Positions 63,866-64,000 of a stretch of DNA of 64,000 nucleotides are shown piece by piece (within the stretch, counting starts at the first letter, position 1; every line of letters begins with the position of its first letter). This stretch comes from Clostridia bacterium (GTDB lineage: Bacteria; Bacillota; Clostridia; Oscillospirales; CAG-272): positions 13,252 to 77,251 of the forward strand of contig JAFVYZ010000060.1 in NCBI GenBank assembly GCA_017508425.1. Reading direction: 5' to 3'. A program made the translations under genes and the position numbers. The notes beneath the pieces were generated by a model that was not told where the DNA came from, ran no database searches, and was given only the letters and a program-made list of their open reading frames with translations.

Positions 63866-64000
63866 TTACTGCTTCGCGAGTGGATCGCGGTAATAACGCG
63901 GGTATCCCTTTGCCACCTCGGCGATTCGGTGATAATCGTTGGTGAGGATCGTATCCGCGCCAAGATCAAGGTAGCGCTTCGCCTCCTCGGGGTCATCCGC
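63866..64000 (-). CDS. C-terminal 44 codons of a gene entering from the right edge, possibly a glycerophosphodiester phosphodiesterase
   Basis: Not in the ORF track. My translation is ADDPEEAKRYLDLGADTILTNDYHRIAEVAKGYPRYYRDPLAKQ followed by a stop. The GADTILTN(D) ending resembles GDPD-family C-termini. Confidence 0.4.
   Translation of the reverse strand, partial: ADDPEEAKRYLDLGADTILTNDYHRIAEVAKGYPRYYRDPLAKQ

Noticed and set aside
63136-63996. 286-aa minus-strand ORF at the right edge
   Set aside because: Most of it is antisense to valS and it crosses the valS terminator. The real minus-strand gene at the edge is in a different frame (63866-64000).
1-64000. CRISPR arrays, rRNA genes and transposases/IS elements
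   Set aside because: I saw no regularly spaced direct repeats, rRNA-like sequence or transposase-like ORFs. The only repeated DNA is the EEP gene triplet and the tRNA-derived units.

Overview
This 64-kb chromosomal segment appears to come from a spore-forming Firmicute of class Clostridia. That is an inference from sigK, yqfC/yqfD, ylbJ, a GerA-family gene, AddAB instead of RecBCD, and Firmicute gene order; GC looks mid-50s % by eye. All calls come from reading the sequence and recognising motifs; no database search was run.

I support about 55 protein genes, roughly 80% on the minus strand, mostly core housekeeping:
- the yqfC-yqfD-phoH-ybeY-era-recO-mutS2 block
- prs, yceD-rpmF, nnr, rsmD/coaD, uvrC, ptsH, rimM-trmD, yajC
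- an htrA-response regulator-histidine kinase unit
- queG-like-addB-addA converging on sbcD-sbcC
- valS, one tRNA-Thr(GGU), PPi-type phosphofructokinase and uninterrupted sigK

Accessory-looking content:
- a kduI / kduD-like / unknown 555-aa / AraC uronate locus
- a 3-gene Wzx/Wzy-type polysaccharide module
- an O-antigen-ligase-like membrane protein with two small single-pass partners
- a GH115-like protein
- a very large secreted beta-helix-repeat protein that runs off the left edge and is missing from the ORF track

I saw no CRISPR array, transposase, integrase or rRNA.

Most noteworthy observations:
1. Downstream of tRNA-Thr lie two tandem units derived from the tRNA 3' half. Each has its own intrinsic terminator, and their internal hairpins differ in sequence but keep base pairing.
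2. Three tandem paralogous endonuclease/exonuclease/phosphatase (EEP) genes sit behind an RlmA-like rRNA methyltransferase. The methyltransferase leader carries a promoter-like site followed by a terminator hairpin.
3. Two genes are broken by single-base frameshifts: the kduD-like SDR inside its catalytic YxxxK motif, and a lipoprotein inside a G6 run.
4. rsmD and coaD are fused in frame.
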